From Candidatus Altiarchaeota archaeon (GTDB lineage: Archaea > Altiarchaeota > Altiarchaeia > IMC4 > SCGC-AAA252-I15): a stretch of DNA of 64,000 bases. The notes beneath the pieces were generated by a model that was given only the letters and a program-made list of their open reading frames with translations, had not been told where the DNA came from and ran no database searches. This document shows positions 9,886 through 19,700 of this stretch, piece by piece (the stretch's first letter is position 1; every line of letters starts with the position of its first letter). The DNA lies in NCBI GenBank assembly GCA_041306075.1, contig JBFYKH010000007.1, positions 8,821 through 72,820 of the forward strand, written 5' to 3'. Both the position numbers and the translations under genes were made by a program.

Positions 9886-10584
9886 TCAGCCGGATTTAGC
9901 CATGGCTATGTGGGTCTCTACGAGTCTGCGCAGGCCTTCGAGCCTCGCTGCGTCGTTGGCGGCCTGGTCGCCGTATCTCGCCGTGTCTTTGGCCTCTATG
10001 GCCTGTTTGAACCGGTCGTATGCTGGGCTTCCCTCGGCCAAGTCCATGGGCGCTATCCCTTGCCTTCTTAGGTGCGCGTTGGCTATGGAGGCGGCCGTCC
10101 TCTTGTTGCGGTCCTTGAAGGCGTGGCTTCCCAGTATCATGGAGTGCATGAACCGGGCCACGTCCTCTCCGACTCCCCCGGGGCCGGGGTAGTTGAGGAT
10201 GCCCAGGCTCTCCTCCAGGTGGGCCGCCGCCGCCTCCGGCGTTGTTGCCGGGAATTTCCGTATTATGTCGCCCATCATGTCGTCTGTGGGGTCAGCCCTC
10301 AGGTTTGCGGACTCGGTCCTGTACTGCCCCCAGTCTGTCCTGGGAGCAAATTGTGTGCCGCCGGACCTGTAGTGCAGGGCGTTGAGTATCCTGGCGTCGG
10401 CCTCCGTGAACGGCCTAGTCTCTCGGACGAGGTAGGCTTCGTATCCGGCGGGGGTCGTCTGAGATATCGCCTCCAGGTCCCGGCCGCCGCTCAGCCATTT
10501 CCGATGGGCGTCCTCGTTCACCTCCATGGGCCGCTCCAGCCTGTCAGCCGGCGCCTCGTCCGGGGCTCTGCGCTTCTGGGGCAT
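9886..10584 (-). CDS. Fic/Doc family protein with Doc-like motif
   Basis: 232 aa; HAFKDRNKRTAASIAN matches the Fic/Doc core HxFx(D)(G/A)N(G/K)R in its Doc-like NKR variant. Confidence 0.45.
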   Translation of the reverse strand: MPQKRRAPDEAPADRLERPMEVNEDAHRKWLSGGRDLEAISQTTPAGYEAYLVRETRPFTEADARILNALHYRSGGTQFAPRTDWGQYRTESANLRADPTDDMMGDIIRKFPATTPEAAAAHLEESLGILNYPGPGGVGEDVARFMHSMILGSHAFKDRNKRTAASIANAHLRRQGIAPMDLAEGSPAYDRFKQAIEAKDTARYGDQAANDAARLEGLRRLVETHIAMAKSG

Positions 10585-10704
10585 GGCAAGGTATACTGGA
10601 CCCTATTGGGTTAAAAACGGCCGACGGCCCGGGCATGGGATATTGCTCGACGGTTTAGCCGTATTTTTATCCGCAGCAACCAACAATCTTTAGCGGTCTT
10701 TTTT

Positions 10705-10905
10705 ATGAAGTGCCCCCATTGCGGTTCCGGATTCAGCGGGGAGGAGCTTTTAGCGAACAACGTCTTCCTGGCCGGGCGGAGCGCAAGTCCGGGCCTCCTC
10801 AGCAGTAAGGGGCTTGTGCTGCCACATTACGTATGGGTCTGCCCATCATGCGACAAGGTGCTGGCAATCACGGCCTGCGACATAGCAAATGAGCCTACGT
10901 TCTGA
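10705..10905 (+). CDS. Small zinc-ribbon protein
   Basis: 66 aa; CPHC...CPSC. Confidence 0.4.
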   Translation: MKCPHCGSGFSGEELLANNVFLAGRSASPGLLSSKGLVLPHYVWVCPSCDKVLAITACDIANEPTF

Positions 10906-10906
10906 G

Positions 10907-11470
10907 CTACGTGCCTCCTATACCCCCCACTTTGAAAGTGTCCTTCACCCCCCTCAGGTATTCTCCGACCGGCATGTCGTTCATCGGGACCCTCATGTCT
11001 GTTTGGCTGGTCTTCTCGGGCGACCAGAAGAATATGATCCTTTGCTGGCCGGTGGTCGTCACGTTGATGTCGTAGTGCGAGATTATCGAGTGGAACCTCG
11101 GCGGATTGTCCTTGAGGACGTACCTCACCGGGACGCCTTCGAAAGCCAGCTCCATGTCATACGTTCCGTCCGGGGGGACTGTGCCCCCGTCGCCTCTGCC
11201 CTCGACGACGACACTGGAGCCGTCCTCCAGAATCCCTGTCAAGACGGCCTTGTCGACCCTGAACCTGAGCTCTCCCGCCCCGCTGTTGTTTATCCGGACC
11301 ATGGCGGTGGCGTTCACCTTCATCTCGATGACGCCGGAGCTGATTTCATAGGGGTCTGACACCGAGTAGTCGACGCTGTATGACGGCCCCTTAACGCAGC
11401 CGCCCAGGAGTGCGATTGCCAGGAAGGCCAGTATGCACGCCGCCAGGGTGTAAGCCGGTTTAATCTTCAC
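10907..11470 (-). CDS. Putative lipoprotein (LEA14/NDR1-like beta-sandwich?)
   Basis: 187 aa; signal peptide with lipobox-like LLGGC. Confidence 0.45.
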   Translation of the reverse strand: MKIKPAYTLAACILAFLAIALLGGCVKGPSYSVDYSVSDPYEISSGVIEMKVNATAMVRINNSGAGELRFRVDKAVLTGILEDGSSVVVEGRGDGGTVPPDGTYDMELAFEGVPVRYVLKDNPPRFHSIISHYDINVTTTGQQRIIFFWSPEKTSQTDMRVPMNDMPVGEYLRGVKDTFKVGGIGGT

Positions 11471-11579
11471 GTCCTCCTATTCAGTGGATTGGGATATATA
11501 CGTTCAGCCGGATTCTACATGGCCCCCCTCATCCACAAGATTATAATGTGGCGTTAATCCCCTCAGACCAGCTAATTTC

Positions 11580-12635
11580 GTGGTTATACGATGGTTTTTA
11601 AGTATGGGTCCATATTGGTATGGGGAGATGGACTCTAGGGGCGTTTTCTCAAGGGGCACGGGGGGTTCGGGCGTCAGCCCCGGCTCCGGGGCGGACGGGC
11701 AGGAGCATGTATCGTTTGAGGCGTTCATCATATCCAACTGGCAGATTCTGACAATCCTCGGCGTTTTCGCGGGATTCACGAATTACCTCAACAACACGGA
11801 GAACTCGTGGCTGGTGGCGTTCGGATTCCTCCTGACTCTGATAGTGGTATTGGAGATACTGCAGCTTCTGTTGAAGACGAAGAACAAGAGCTTCCTGTTG
11901 AGCGCATTCACCCTCCTGATTGCCGCGTTCATCCTGATTTTCGCAGGATTCATCTACTCGAAGACCCTCGCAGACACGTCCTCCGGATTGTTCGGGGAAT
12001 TGTACGAGTTGGCTGCGCAGAACAGCGGTCTTCTGACCGGCGTGCTGTTCCTCCTCACGGCCGCGGTCGTCTTCCTCGGCGTCTACCGGCGCCTTCGTTC
12101 CTCGTTGGCTCGGGCGCCGCGGATGCGTCTTGGGGTGGACACCAAGGTACTTGCCGGAATCCTCATACTATCCCTGTTCCTGGCGGTGGCATTGGCCTAC
12201 GTCTGGTTCAATCACGTCCCGGCGGAGGCTCCGCCCCACATGACATTGGCCCCTATGACCTCGACGTCTGGGTGCCCGGAACATCTGGTCCGGGTGGGGT
12301 CCGTCTGCTGCCGGGATTCGGACGGGGACGGCTTATGCGACCCTGATGACACCGTAACCACGACGTCCGTCACTACTACGACCGCCACCACCCTGCCGGC
12401 CCCGGTTTGTTCGGCGAACAGCGACTGCGGGAATGAGACACAGAAGAGGATATGCCAGAACAAGGACGTTTACATCCAGCGCTCGATCCCCACCTGCGAT
12501 AAGTCCGGCACCAGCGAGGCAAGGTGCACTTATACGCTGAGGCCCCTCGGAGCTAATCCGCTGACGCAGGAGCCCGTTCCATACGAGAAGTGCCAGTTCG
12601 GCTGCGTCAACGGGACGTGCATCGAGCGCCCCTAG
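11580..12635 (+). CDS. Membrane-anchored secreted protein with CC-D-DG-CD module, Thr-rich linker and C-terminal Cys-rich domain
   Basis: 351 aa; several TM helices then ...VGSVCCRDSDGDGLCD..., TTTSVTTTTATT, ...CQFGCVNGTC; start codon uncertain. Confidence 0.5.
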   Translation: MVIRWFLSMGPYWYGEMDSRGVFSRGTGGSGVSPGSGADGQEHVSFEAFIISNWQILTILGVFAGFTNYLNNTENSWLVAFGFLLTLIVVLEILQLLLKTKNKSFLLSAFTLLIAAFILIFAGFIYSKTLADTSSGLFGELYELAAQNSGLLTGVLFLLTAAVVFLGVYRRLRSSLARAPRMRLGVDTKVLAGILILSLFLAVALAYVWFNHVPAEAPPHMTLAPMTSTSGCPEHLVRVGSVCCRDSDGDGLCDPDDTVTTTSVTTTTATTLPAPVCSANSDCGNETQKRICQNKDVYIQRSIPTCDKSGTSEARCTYTLRPLGANPLTQEPVPYEKCQFGCVNGTCIERP

Positions 12636-12647
12636 CTTCCGCCACAC

Positions 12648-14123
12648 TTATCTTGCTCGCATCCTCGCGGCGTAAGCCAGCTCCTCTACGTTGCTCCTGT
12701 CGTCCGTGAACACGGTCCCGCCGGAGGCCGTGTACTCCCTGAGCGTCGTCTCATACGCTAGCGTCACGTTCCCAAGGAGCGGGTTCCTGTTCGACCTTAT
12801 GCGCTCCAGTATCTCGGCCTCCGACGTCCTCCTCTTGAAGCCCAACACTATCATGTTCCCGCCGCTCATGACGGTGAACACCGACGGGTATGCGCCCTTG
12901 AGGGTGTTCGCCACGGCGTATCCGAGCCCTGTGTCGTCGCCGTACGTTACGACGTTGATCATGAATATGCCGTTTTCGCTGAGGTGCTCCCGGGCTTCGG
13001 CGAAGAACTCTAGCGACGACAGGTGAGCCGGCAGGTAGCCGCCGCCGGAGTACGTGTCCTGGCATATCAGGTCATACGTCCCCGCCCCCCTCAGGAACTG
13101 CCTCCCGTCGTCGACGAAGACGTTCAGGCCCGGGCGCTCCGCCAGGCCGAAGTAGTCCCCGGCGACCTCCACGACCTTCGGGTCTATCTCGACTGCGTCG
13201 ACTTCGACTTCGTGGAATTCGAGGAGCTGTTTGACTGCGGTGCCGCCGGCCAGGCCGATGAACAGGACCCTCCCGCCGCCGTTGATAAGGGGCCCCGCCG
13301 TGTACAGGTCGTAGTACCTGCCGGTGAGCGTCGAGCCCTTCAGCATCACCGTCTGCGTCAGTCCTTCGTCGTTGAGGACGAGCCTCCGCATGGTCGGTGT
13401 GTCATAGACCCTGATGATGTTGTACTCGGACTCGGATGCGTGGATGACGTTGCCGTATGCCCGGTCCAACTGCGCGTCGCCCGTGTAGGCGAGCACCACT
13501 CCCCCCGCAAGGAGTACCGCGAGCAGCGCGTTATCCCTGTCCGGGGAGTTCAGGTACCCGGTTAAGAAGAGCGCGACGGCGTTGCACAATACGGTGGCCT
13601 TCGTGCCTATCGCCGGCAGGAGGATGAACGCCGTCGCCAGGGTGCCGGCTATGCTGCCCACGGTTGATACGGCATATACCCTTCCGGATACGCTGCCGAC
13701 CTCGGGCGTTGACTTCACAATGAACCTTATGGCTGCCGGCGCGACCATCGACAAGGCCATGATGGGCGGGGCGAAGAGAACCAAGGACGCGAGTATCGGC
13801 CCCCAGAAGAAGCCTGCAAAGGTCATGGACATGATGGCGGGCCTGCCTATGCCCGCCAGGATAGCCGTCATGGCTCCCGCAACCGCCATCAGGCGGCATG
13901 CCGGCTTAGCGTCGCTGCTTTTGTCCGCAAGCCTCCCGCCGAGGTAGTAGCCCCCCGACAACGCCGCCATGACGACTCCGATGAGGGCGCCCCACACGTA
14001 CGTTCCCCCGCCGAAGCTCGGTGCGAGCATCCTCAGGGCGCAAAGCTCCAGACTCATCATCGAGGCGCCGGCGACGCATGCCATGGCGAGAAGCCTGGCG
14101 CCACATGGTTTATCCTCGGTCAT
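12648..14123 (-). CDS. Membrane-bound spermidine synthase-like aminopropyltransferase (fused TM domain + SpeE domain)
   Basis: 491 aa; N-terminal polytopic region; C-terminal VLFIGLAGGTAVKQLL...EIDPKVVEVAGDYFGL...DLICQDTYSGGGYLPAHL methyltransferase-fold/SpeE signature. Confidence 0.75.
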   Translation of the reverse strand: MTEDKPCGARLLAMACVAGASMMSLELCALRMLAPSFGGGTYVWGALIGVVMAALSGGYYLGGRLADKSSDAKPACRLMAVAGAMTAILAGIGRPAIMSMTFAGFFWGPILASLVLFAPPIMALSMVAPAAIRFIVKSTPEVGSVSGRVYAVSTVGSIAGTLATAFILLPAIGTKATVLCNAVALFLTGYLNSPDRDNALLAVLLAGGVVLAYTGDAQLDRAYGNVIHASESEYNIIRVYDTPTMRRLVLNDEGLTQTVMLKGSTLTGRYYDLYTAGPLINGGGRVLFIGLAGGTAVKQLLEFHEVEVDAVEIDPKVVEVAGDYFGLAERPGLNVFVDDGRQFLRGAGTYDLICQDTYSGGGYLPAHLSSLEFFAEAREHLSENGIFMINVVTYGDDTGLGYAVANTLKGAYPSVFTVMSGGNMIVLGFKRRTSEAEILERIRSNRNPLLGNVTLAYETTLREYTASGGTVFTDDRSNVEELAYAARMRAR

Positions 14124-14126
14124 AAT

Positions 14127-15995
14127 TTAACCTCCGGCCGGAGTGTCTATCACATGCACCCTCAAACGGCCGGCGTCCCTGACAGTCCCCGCGTATTCCG
14201 GGCGTGCGGTCTCGTTGAACCTCGCATAAGCCGTATTGTTGGCCTCGATAACGTACAGCTTCACCCCCCTCTCCCGGTAAGCGTCGAACAGCCGCAGAGC
14301 GTCGGCCTGTGCGTCCTTCGTCGTGTCGACCAGCCTCAGCGTCCTGGACGTCTTCAACGGCGCGACCAGCATGATATCCAGCCTTTTGAACGCCATGACT
14401 GCAGAATCGTCCTCCACGAAATCGAGCTCCCCTGTCAGGCCAGCGTTCATCTCGCGGAGGTTGTACGTCGACACGCAGTCGAAGACGTTCGCCGTGAAAC
14501 CGAACGCCAAGGCTGCCACTACCGCTATGAAGAGGGCGGGCGACGTCCCGCCGGTGCGCAGGCTAAAGGCGGCGCCGACCGCCAAGAGGCAGACTATGGC
14601 GGCCGGTACCAACCTGAGGTAAAACGCCGGGTAAGGCCCTTCCAAGGCCTGTACAGGACTCACTGCGAGGAATATCATGGAACACAGGAGGGCGTACGTG
14701 ACAAGCGAGAACATATCCTTAACAAGCCTGCGGACCGAGAGGGCGCAGAGCAACGCAAGAAACGGCATGGCCTCCAGGACATACCGCATAAACCACGTGT
14801 CTCCGCCGTGCATCCTCAAAAAAACGGTGTGGAAGACTATCAGGGCCGCTGCGGGGGCGCCAAGGAGGGCGAGCTCCCCCCCTCCCACGACCCCCCTCAA
14901 GAGGACCGGCGCAAAAAACGCGAGGGCAAGTATCGGGGAAGCCTGCAGGATGCCTTTCTTCATAGGCAGAATGTCCCCTGCAGGATGCGATTGCATGTCA
15001 AAAACCTCGGCGTACGCAATCCTTGCGGACTTCCACAGGCTGCCGGCGAAGGACCCGTCTCCAAGATAAGCCAAGAGCGAGACGGCAGCCACCGAAGCCA
15101 AAGCCAGTTTCACGGCTCTTCGGCCCCCGAATACCCCCTCGGCAGGCAGGTACGTTGCCGTCCCGGCCGCGAGGATAAGGAACAGGTACGGGGTCAGGTT
15201 AGATGGATCGAAGCCGGCCCCCACCGGCCCGGTGTTATAGCCCGTCTTGGCTATGCCGCCGTAGATGCCGGCGTTTATCACGAGCACGGCCAAGAGCGGC
15301 AAAATCCCGCCCCCCATGTACTGGCCTAGCTTCCGAAGGCCCAGCCTGCGCAGTATGTAGACTGCCAGTATGCCAAGTAGCAGGGCGTTAGAGTATCTGA
15401 TTCCGACCGAGGCGCCGGCAAGAAAACCGGCTAAAGGCATGGACCTGCCTGATAAACCCAGGTAATATGCAGCCAGTACTAGAAAGACGGAAAGCATGTG
15501 CGGCCACAGTTCCAACCCATAGACTGCCATATACGTGAAAGCTGAATAGAAAAAGGCGGCGTAAGCCGCCCCCAACGGGGTCGACTTCAGCTCACTCGCC
15601 GCCAGATACACGAGGACTATGCTCCCTCCGAAGCAAAGGGCATTCAAGTAGAACAGCCCCTTTATGCCGAATGCAAGATACCCCGGCAAGGTGAAGAACG
15701 GATACAGGGGGGCCGGCACGCCGTAAAGGCGGTCTCCGACGAGGACGGTGGCGTGCAATTCAAGTTCAGGCGAAAATCGCTCGTCGATGCCGTTCCAGAT
15801 GCTTAGTGAGCCTTTCGAGAGGCTGTCCGTCATCAGGAGATACCCTACCTCGTCGTTTATCGCCAGGCCCGGGTTCACGCTAAGGAGAAACAATGCGCTA
15901 ATCACTGCCGCGTATGCCAGTGTGAGGTAAAGCCACGCCTGAGAATCCTCGCTTATCCGGAGGTTAGACGCCATCTTGACAGAGGGACTATTCAA
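14127..15995 (-). CDS. GT-C family glycosyltransferase-like polytopic membrane protein (ArnT/PMT-like)
   Basis: 622 aa; more than 10 TM helices; N-terminal loop INDEVGY (DE motif); C-terminal soluble domain. Confidence 0.55.
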   Translation of the reverse strand: MNSPSVKMASNLRISEDSQAWLYLTLAYAAVISALFLLSVNPGLAINDEVGYLLMTDSLSKGSLSIWNGIDERFSPELELHATVLVGDRLYGVPAPLYPFFTLPGYLAFGIKGLFYLNALCFGGSIVLVYLAASELKSTPLGAAYAAFFYSAFTYMAVYGLELWPHMLSVFLVLAAYYLGLSGRSMPLAGFLAGASVGIRYSNALLLGILAVYILRRLGLRKLGQYMGGGILPLLAVLVINAGIYGGIAKTGYNTGPVGAGFDPSNLTPYLFLILAAGTATYLPAEGVFGGRRAVKLALASVAAVSLLAYLGDGSFAGSLWKSARIAYAEVFDMQSHPAGDILPMKKGILQASPILALAFFAPVLLRGVVGGGELALLGAPAAALIVFHTVFLRMHGGDTWFMRYVLEAMPFLALLCALSVRRLVKDMFSLVTYALLCSMIFLAVSPVQALEGPYPAFYLRLVPAAIVCLLAVGAAFSLRTGGTSPALFIAVVAALAFGFTANVFDCVSTYNLREMNAGLTGELDFVEDDSAVMAFKRLDIMLVAPLKTSRTLRLVDTTKDAQADALRLFDAYRERGVKLYVIEANNTAYARFNETARPEYAGTVRDAGRLRVHVIDTPAGG

Positions 15996-16164
15996 AGCGC
16001 GTGCTTATAACCGTTTGCAGGCGCTACTTCAGTATGAACCCGCTCCAGAAGATGAACCACGTCCAAACGGCAAGGAACAGCAATAACATGAAGAACGTAA
16101 GCAAGTCCTTGCGGCTTATGTCGTCGCGCAACTCCAGTTTCATGTTAAACTAAGTGTCCTAGCC

Positions 16165-16230
16165 GGTATTTAAATGCGCCCCCCATCCTGTTGGCTTATA
16201 AACCCATTTTTCCCAATATATTGGTGGGAT
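16165..16230 (+). promoter_or_regulatory. AT-rich putative promoter region (TATA-like boxes) upstream of the first pilin-like gene
   Basis: TTTAAAT (16169), TTATAAA (16196) and AATATATT (16218) in an otherwise GC-rich context; GGTGA RBS 8 nt before the ATG at 16266. Confidence 0.25.
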
Positions 16231-16265
16231 GGGGCTTTAGCCCTGTCTAATGAGGTGAGAATAAG

Positions 16266-16604
16266 ATGGAAAAGAAGTTGTTTTTTAGTGGATTTGTCCT
16301 GCTATTCTTGGCGGGACTGGTTGCAGCGCAGGCATCAGTTGCTCAGAGCGCTGTAGACGCGATTTGCGCGGTGCTGGAGAACATAACGTTTATGCTGTAT
16401 ATGATTACAGCAGCGGTCGGCATCGTGGTGATTGTGCTGCAGGGTATCAAGTGGGCTGGTTCAGCCGAGGACCCTGGAGCAAGGAAGTCTGCGAAGCAGG
16501 GCATCATCCATGCAGTCATTGGCATGATTATCGTGCTCTTGGCAGTATGGATTGTCGCGCTAGTATTCGGACAGGATGAGTGCGACGTCGCCGCCGTCCT
16601 ATAA
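16266..16604 (+). CDS. VirB2/TrbC-like pilin-sized membrane protein, paralogue 1
   Basis: 112 aa; signal peptide ending ...AAQASVA, then two hydrophobic helices separated by the short loop QGIKWAGSAEDPGARKSAKQGIIHAVIG; same architecture and motif as the 29011 and 29365 products. Confidence 0.6.
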   Translation: MEKKLFFSGFVLLFLAGLVAAQASVAQSAVDAICAVLENITFMLYMITAAVGIVVIVLQGIKWAGSAEDPGARKSAKQGIIHAVIGMIIVLLAVWIVALVFGQDECDVAAVL

Positions 16605-16610
16605 GCGGAT

Positions 16611-16666
16611 AATCTTTTTTGTGCCGGACCCGGTCCGGCACAACCTACTTTTTTCTTATTTTCTCA
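16611..16666 (+). terminator. Hairpin plus oligo-T terminator/attenuator after pilin-like gene 1
   Basis: T6, perfect hairpin GTGCCGGAC-CCG-GTCCGGCAC (16621-16641), then CTTTTTTCTTATTTTCTC. Confidence 0.5.
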
Positions 16667-16706
16667 ACAAAACGGCTTTTTTTCCTCATTTTACCATTAA
16701 CTTTTG

Positions 16707-19700
16707 ATGCTTGGGAGCCGTCTGTGCCATAGGCTGGCGACCGTCGTAGTAGTGTCCATACTACTCTCATACGCTGCCTCCTATGTTCTCGCAGGCAAGC
16801 CGGGGGAGCGCGGGCAGGAGGGCGCCGGCTGGTGGGACCAAGTCGGCTCCTGCGTCAAGCGCGAATCCACCTGGACGTATTTTATCCCCATTTACGGGCA
16901 GATTAAGGCATTTGGCACCCTGTTCTGTATCGGGAAGGTCACCGTAATATCGGTCGTCGTGAAGGGTTTATGGGCGATACTGAAGGACCTCATAATCGAA
17001 GGCTTCACCAAGCTATTGATACTGTTCCTGGGGTTCCTCGAGTCGGGGCTCACAGCGACCCCTGACTGGGACAGCGATGCCTACAACAATCTCTACGGCA
17101 TCGTGCTTACGATTATCACGCCGCTCCTCTTCGTGCAGATAATCGTTGTCGCAGGGTACCTGATGTTCTCGTCCATAGACCCCGGCCAGCGTTCCCGGGC
17201 GAAGACGATGCTCACCCGGCTCCTGATGTCGCTCGTCCTGGTCGGGATAGCCAAACCGGCCTACATACTGCTGTTTGACCTCATCAGCGGCCCAAACAGC
17301 ATAACCTCGGCAATATTCGACGCGACATATAACATAATCACGGGCGGGCCGCCCGGGGCTGGGGCGATAACCGCGATGGTCGCGATTTTCGCAGGCATAA
17401 TCGTGTTCGCCGTTTTCAGCGGCGTGGGCCTCACCCTCCTCGGGTGGGTGGTGGCGTATCTCCTCATAGTGGTGTTCATAGTGTACATCCGCTACTCCAT
17501 GATAGTCATGCTCTACATCATATTCCCCTTCACCATATTCCTCTACTACTTCGAGTACACCCGGAGCGTGGGCGGGGACTTCCTCATGAAGACGCTCATG
17601 TGGCTCATAATGGGCCCGGTGATGGCGCTTGTGGTCTCCGTGACTGTCATCTCGCTCGTCGTCTTCCTCGGGGGCGGCGACATGGGGGTGGCCCAAAACA
17701 TAGCGACGAGCCTCGAGGACGTGAAGGAAGACGGCGTGGTGGACGAGGGGGCGATAACCGCCATCGAAGGCCAGGTCAATCTCCCGGCCGGCAGTCTCCC
17801 TGCCGGCCAGGCCGAGCCGCCGTTCACCGAAGCCCTCCTGGCCAAGGTCATAGCATTGTTCATATTCCTCGGCGGCGTAGTGGCGTTGGTCGCCGTGCCG
17901 CTCGTCATGTCCTCGCTCATGCACTGGGTGGGCGGCGCAATGGCCGCGTCCGGGATGATGGGCATCTCGGCAGGCGGCCCCCTGGCGGAGCGTTGGAAGC
18001 AGCTCAGCCTCGTCACGGCCGGCGAGCTGATGATGGGGCGCGGGTCCCAGAGCCTCGTGTCCGCAGCCACGAACATATCCTACATGAACCGTGACGCGGT
18101 CATCGACGGGCAGGGGATGCTGCCCGGCCTCTTCGGCAGCGCGAAGACCGAGGCTTCCATGGCGTCGAAGGGTTCAGCCAGCAGGGGATTCATGGGCAAT
18201 CTTGCGGCCGCATTCAGCGACCACTCGTCGCCGGCCACTAAGGACTTCTATGACCGCTCAAGAGGCGCGGTTTACGGGACTCCCATGTCCGGCGGCCATC
18301 AGGGCGTGGAGTCCGGGATGTCGCAGCGGCCCCCCTTATCCGCCGGGAACAGGCCTCAGGACGGGTCATACGCCGCCGCAGGCGACGGCCGGGGTATGAG
18401 GGTGAATCCGGAGTACCTGAAGGACGACGGCCCCCCAGGTTCGCGTTCCCAGGGCGCTGGCATGCTGAATGCGCCGGCGTCTGAGCTGATTGGCGCGGAC
18501 GGGAAGCCGATGCCTACGTCGACCACCCATTACGACCAGCGTGCCGGGCAGGCCATGGTCACCTCAAGTGAGTCGCAATGGGGAGTGCTGCCGGCATTCA
18601 GGGTGATGGAGCGGATTGACAGCGTTTTCAAGGGCATGGGCGAGGTCAGGAAGGGCGTCTCCGCGGTGTTCAGGCAGAAGGGCAGGCGCCTTGAAGGCGT
18701 GAAGCTCGCCGGCCGCGGCGCCGGGAAGATTCTGGTTTCCGCCGTCCCCATCAGCCCGTTCATGCCTGTGAGGATGATGGGGCGGGTCATCTACACGCTC
18801 ACGCCCGTCCAGCTTCCTCCCGCATTGCAGCCCTACGGCTTCGCCATCGGCGGCGCGATGAAGGGCATCGGCTTAAGGCAGGTCTTCATGCGCACCAAGT
18901 GGGCTGAGCAGATGGGCGTCTACAGGAAAGCATACAAGAACCGGGTGGAGGACCTTGACAAGCTGGATGAAACCCATAAAACCGAGGTCGGGAAGCGGAA
19001 GGCGGGCGTAGACTACTCAAAGGAGGATGAGACGTACCGGCAGAAGCGCGGCAAGGTTCTCTCCGAGATGGGCCGGCTGGAGGACGGGGTGGTCAAGACC
19101 ATGGACCGGATGGGTTTCGGGAAGACTCCGTTCGCCGACGTGCTGCCCGAGAACCCCGACTACGTCTCCTACCTCAAGCATCTTGAGTTTCTGAAGAAGC
19201 AGCGCGACCAGACAGCGGAATCGAACCCGGCGGTTGCCGAACACAGCCTATACGACGCATACCTCCGGAAGTCCAGGGTCACCGAGAAGGACCACCTGAT
19301 GCAGCCGGCCTCGACGCTCTGGGAGAAGCACGAGAAGGGCGAGCTCAAGGGGAAGGATAAGGAGGAGTACGATAAGCTCGCGAAGTCTGCGCAGGCGTTA
19401 TCTGCGGTCCAGTTCGCCGACAACTCCAAGGACAAGTCGGGAGCGGCCGGAAGGCAGGAGAAGGCGCGTTTCATGGCCGCGGGCCTCATGAAGGCGATGG
19501 GCGTGGAGGATTCCATGGAGCAGCGGAGGTTCCTTGAAGCCCACACAGGCCTTCTGGAATTCGACAGGAATGGCGCGCTCACTAGGCAGAGGTATGTGCG
19601 CCTCGACGGCGCCATGGCGCAGGGCGCTCACAACAGGGAGTTCATATACCAGGAGACTTACGACAACAAGGGCGAGCCGCTCGTGAAGGCCGAGTCGGTG

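Noticed and set aside
14154-15329. 391-aa plus-strand ORF antisense to the GT-C membrane protein gene
   Set aside because: Arg/Gly/Pro-rich shadow ORF; the minus strand encodes a coherent polytopic protein.
16025-16143. 39-aa hydrophobic ORF (MKLELRDDISRKDLLTFFMLLLFLAVWTWFIFWSGFILK) upstream of the GT-C gene on the minus strand
   Set aside because: Plausible small membrane subunit, but it is too short and I see no conservation evidence to call it.
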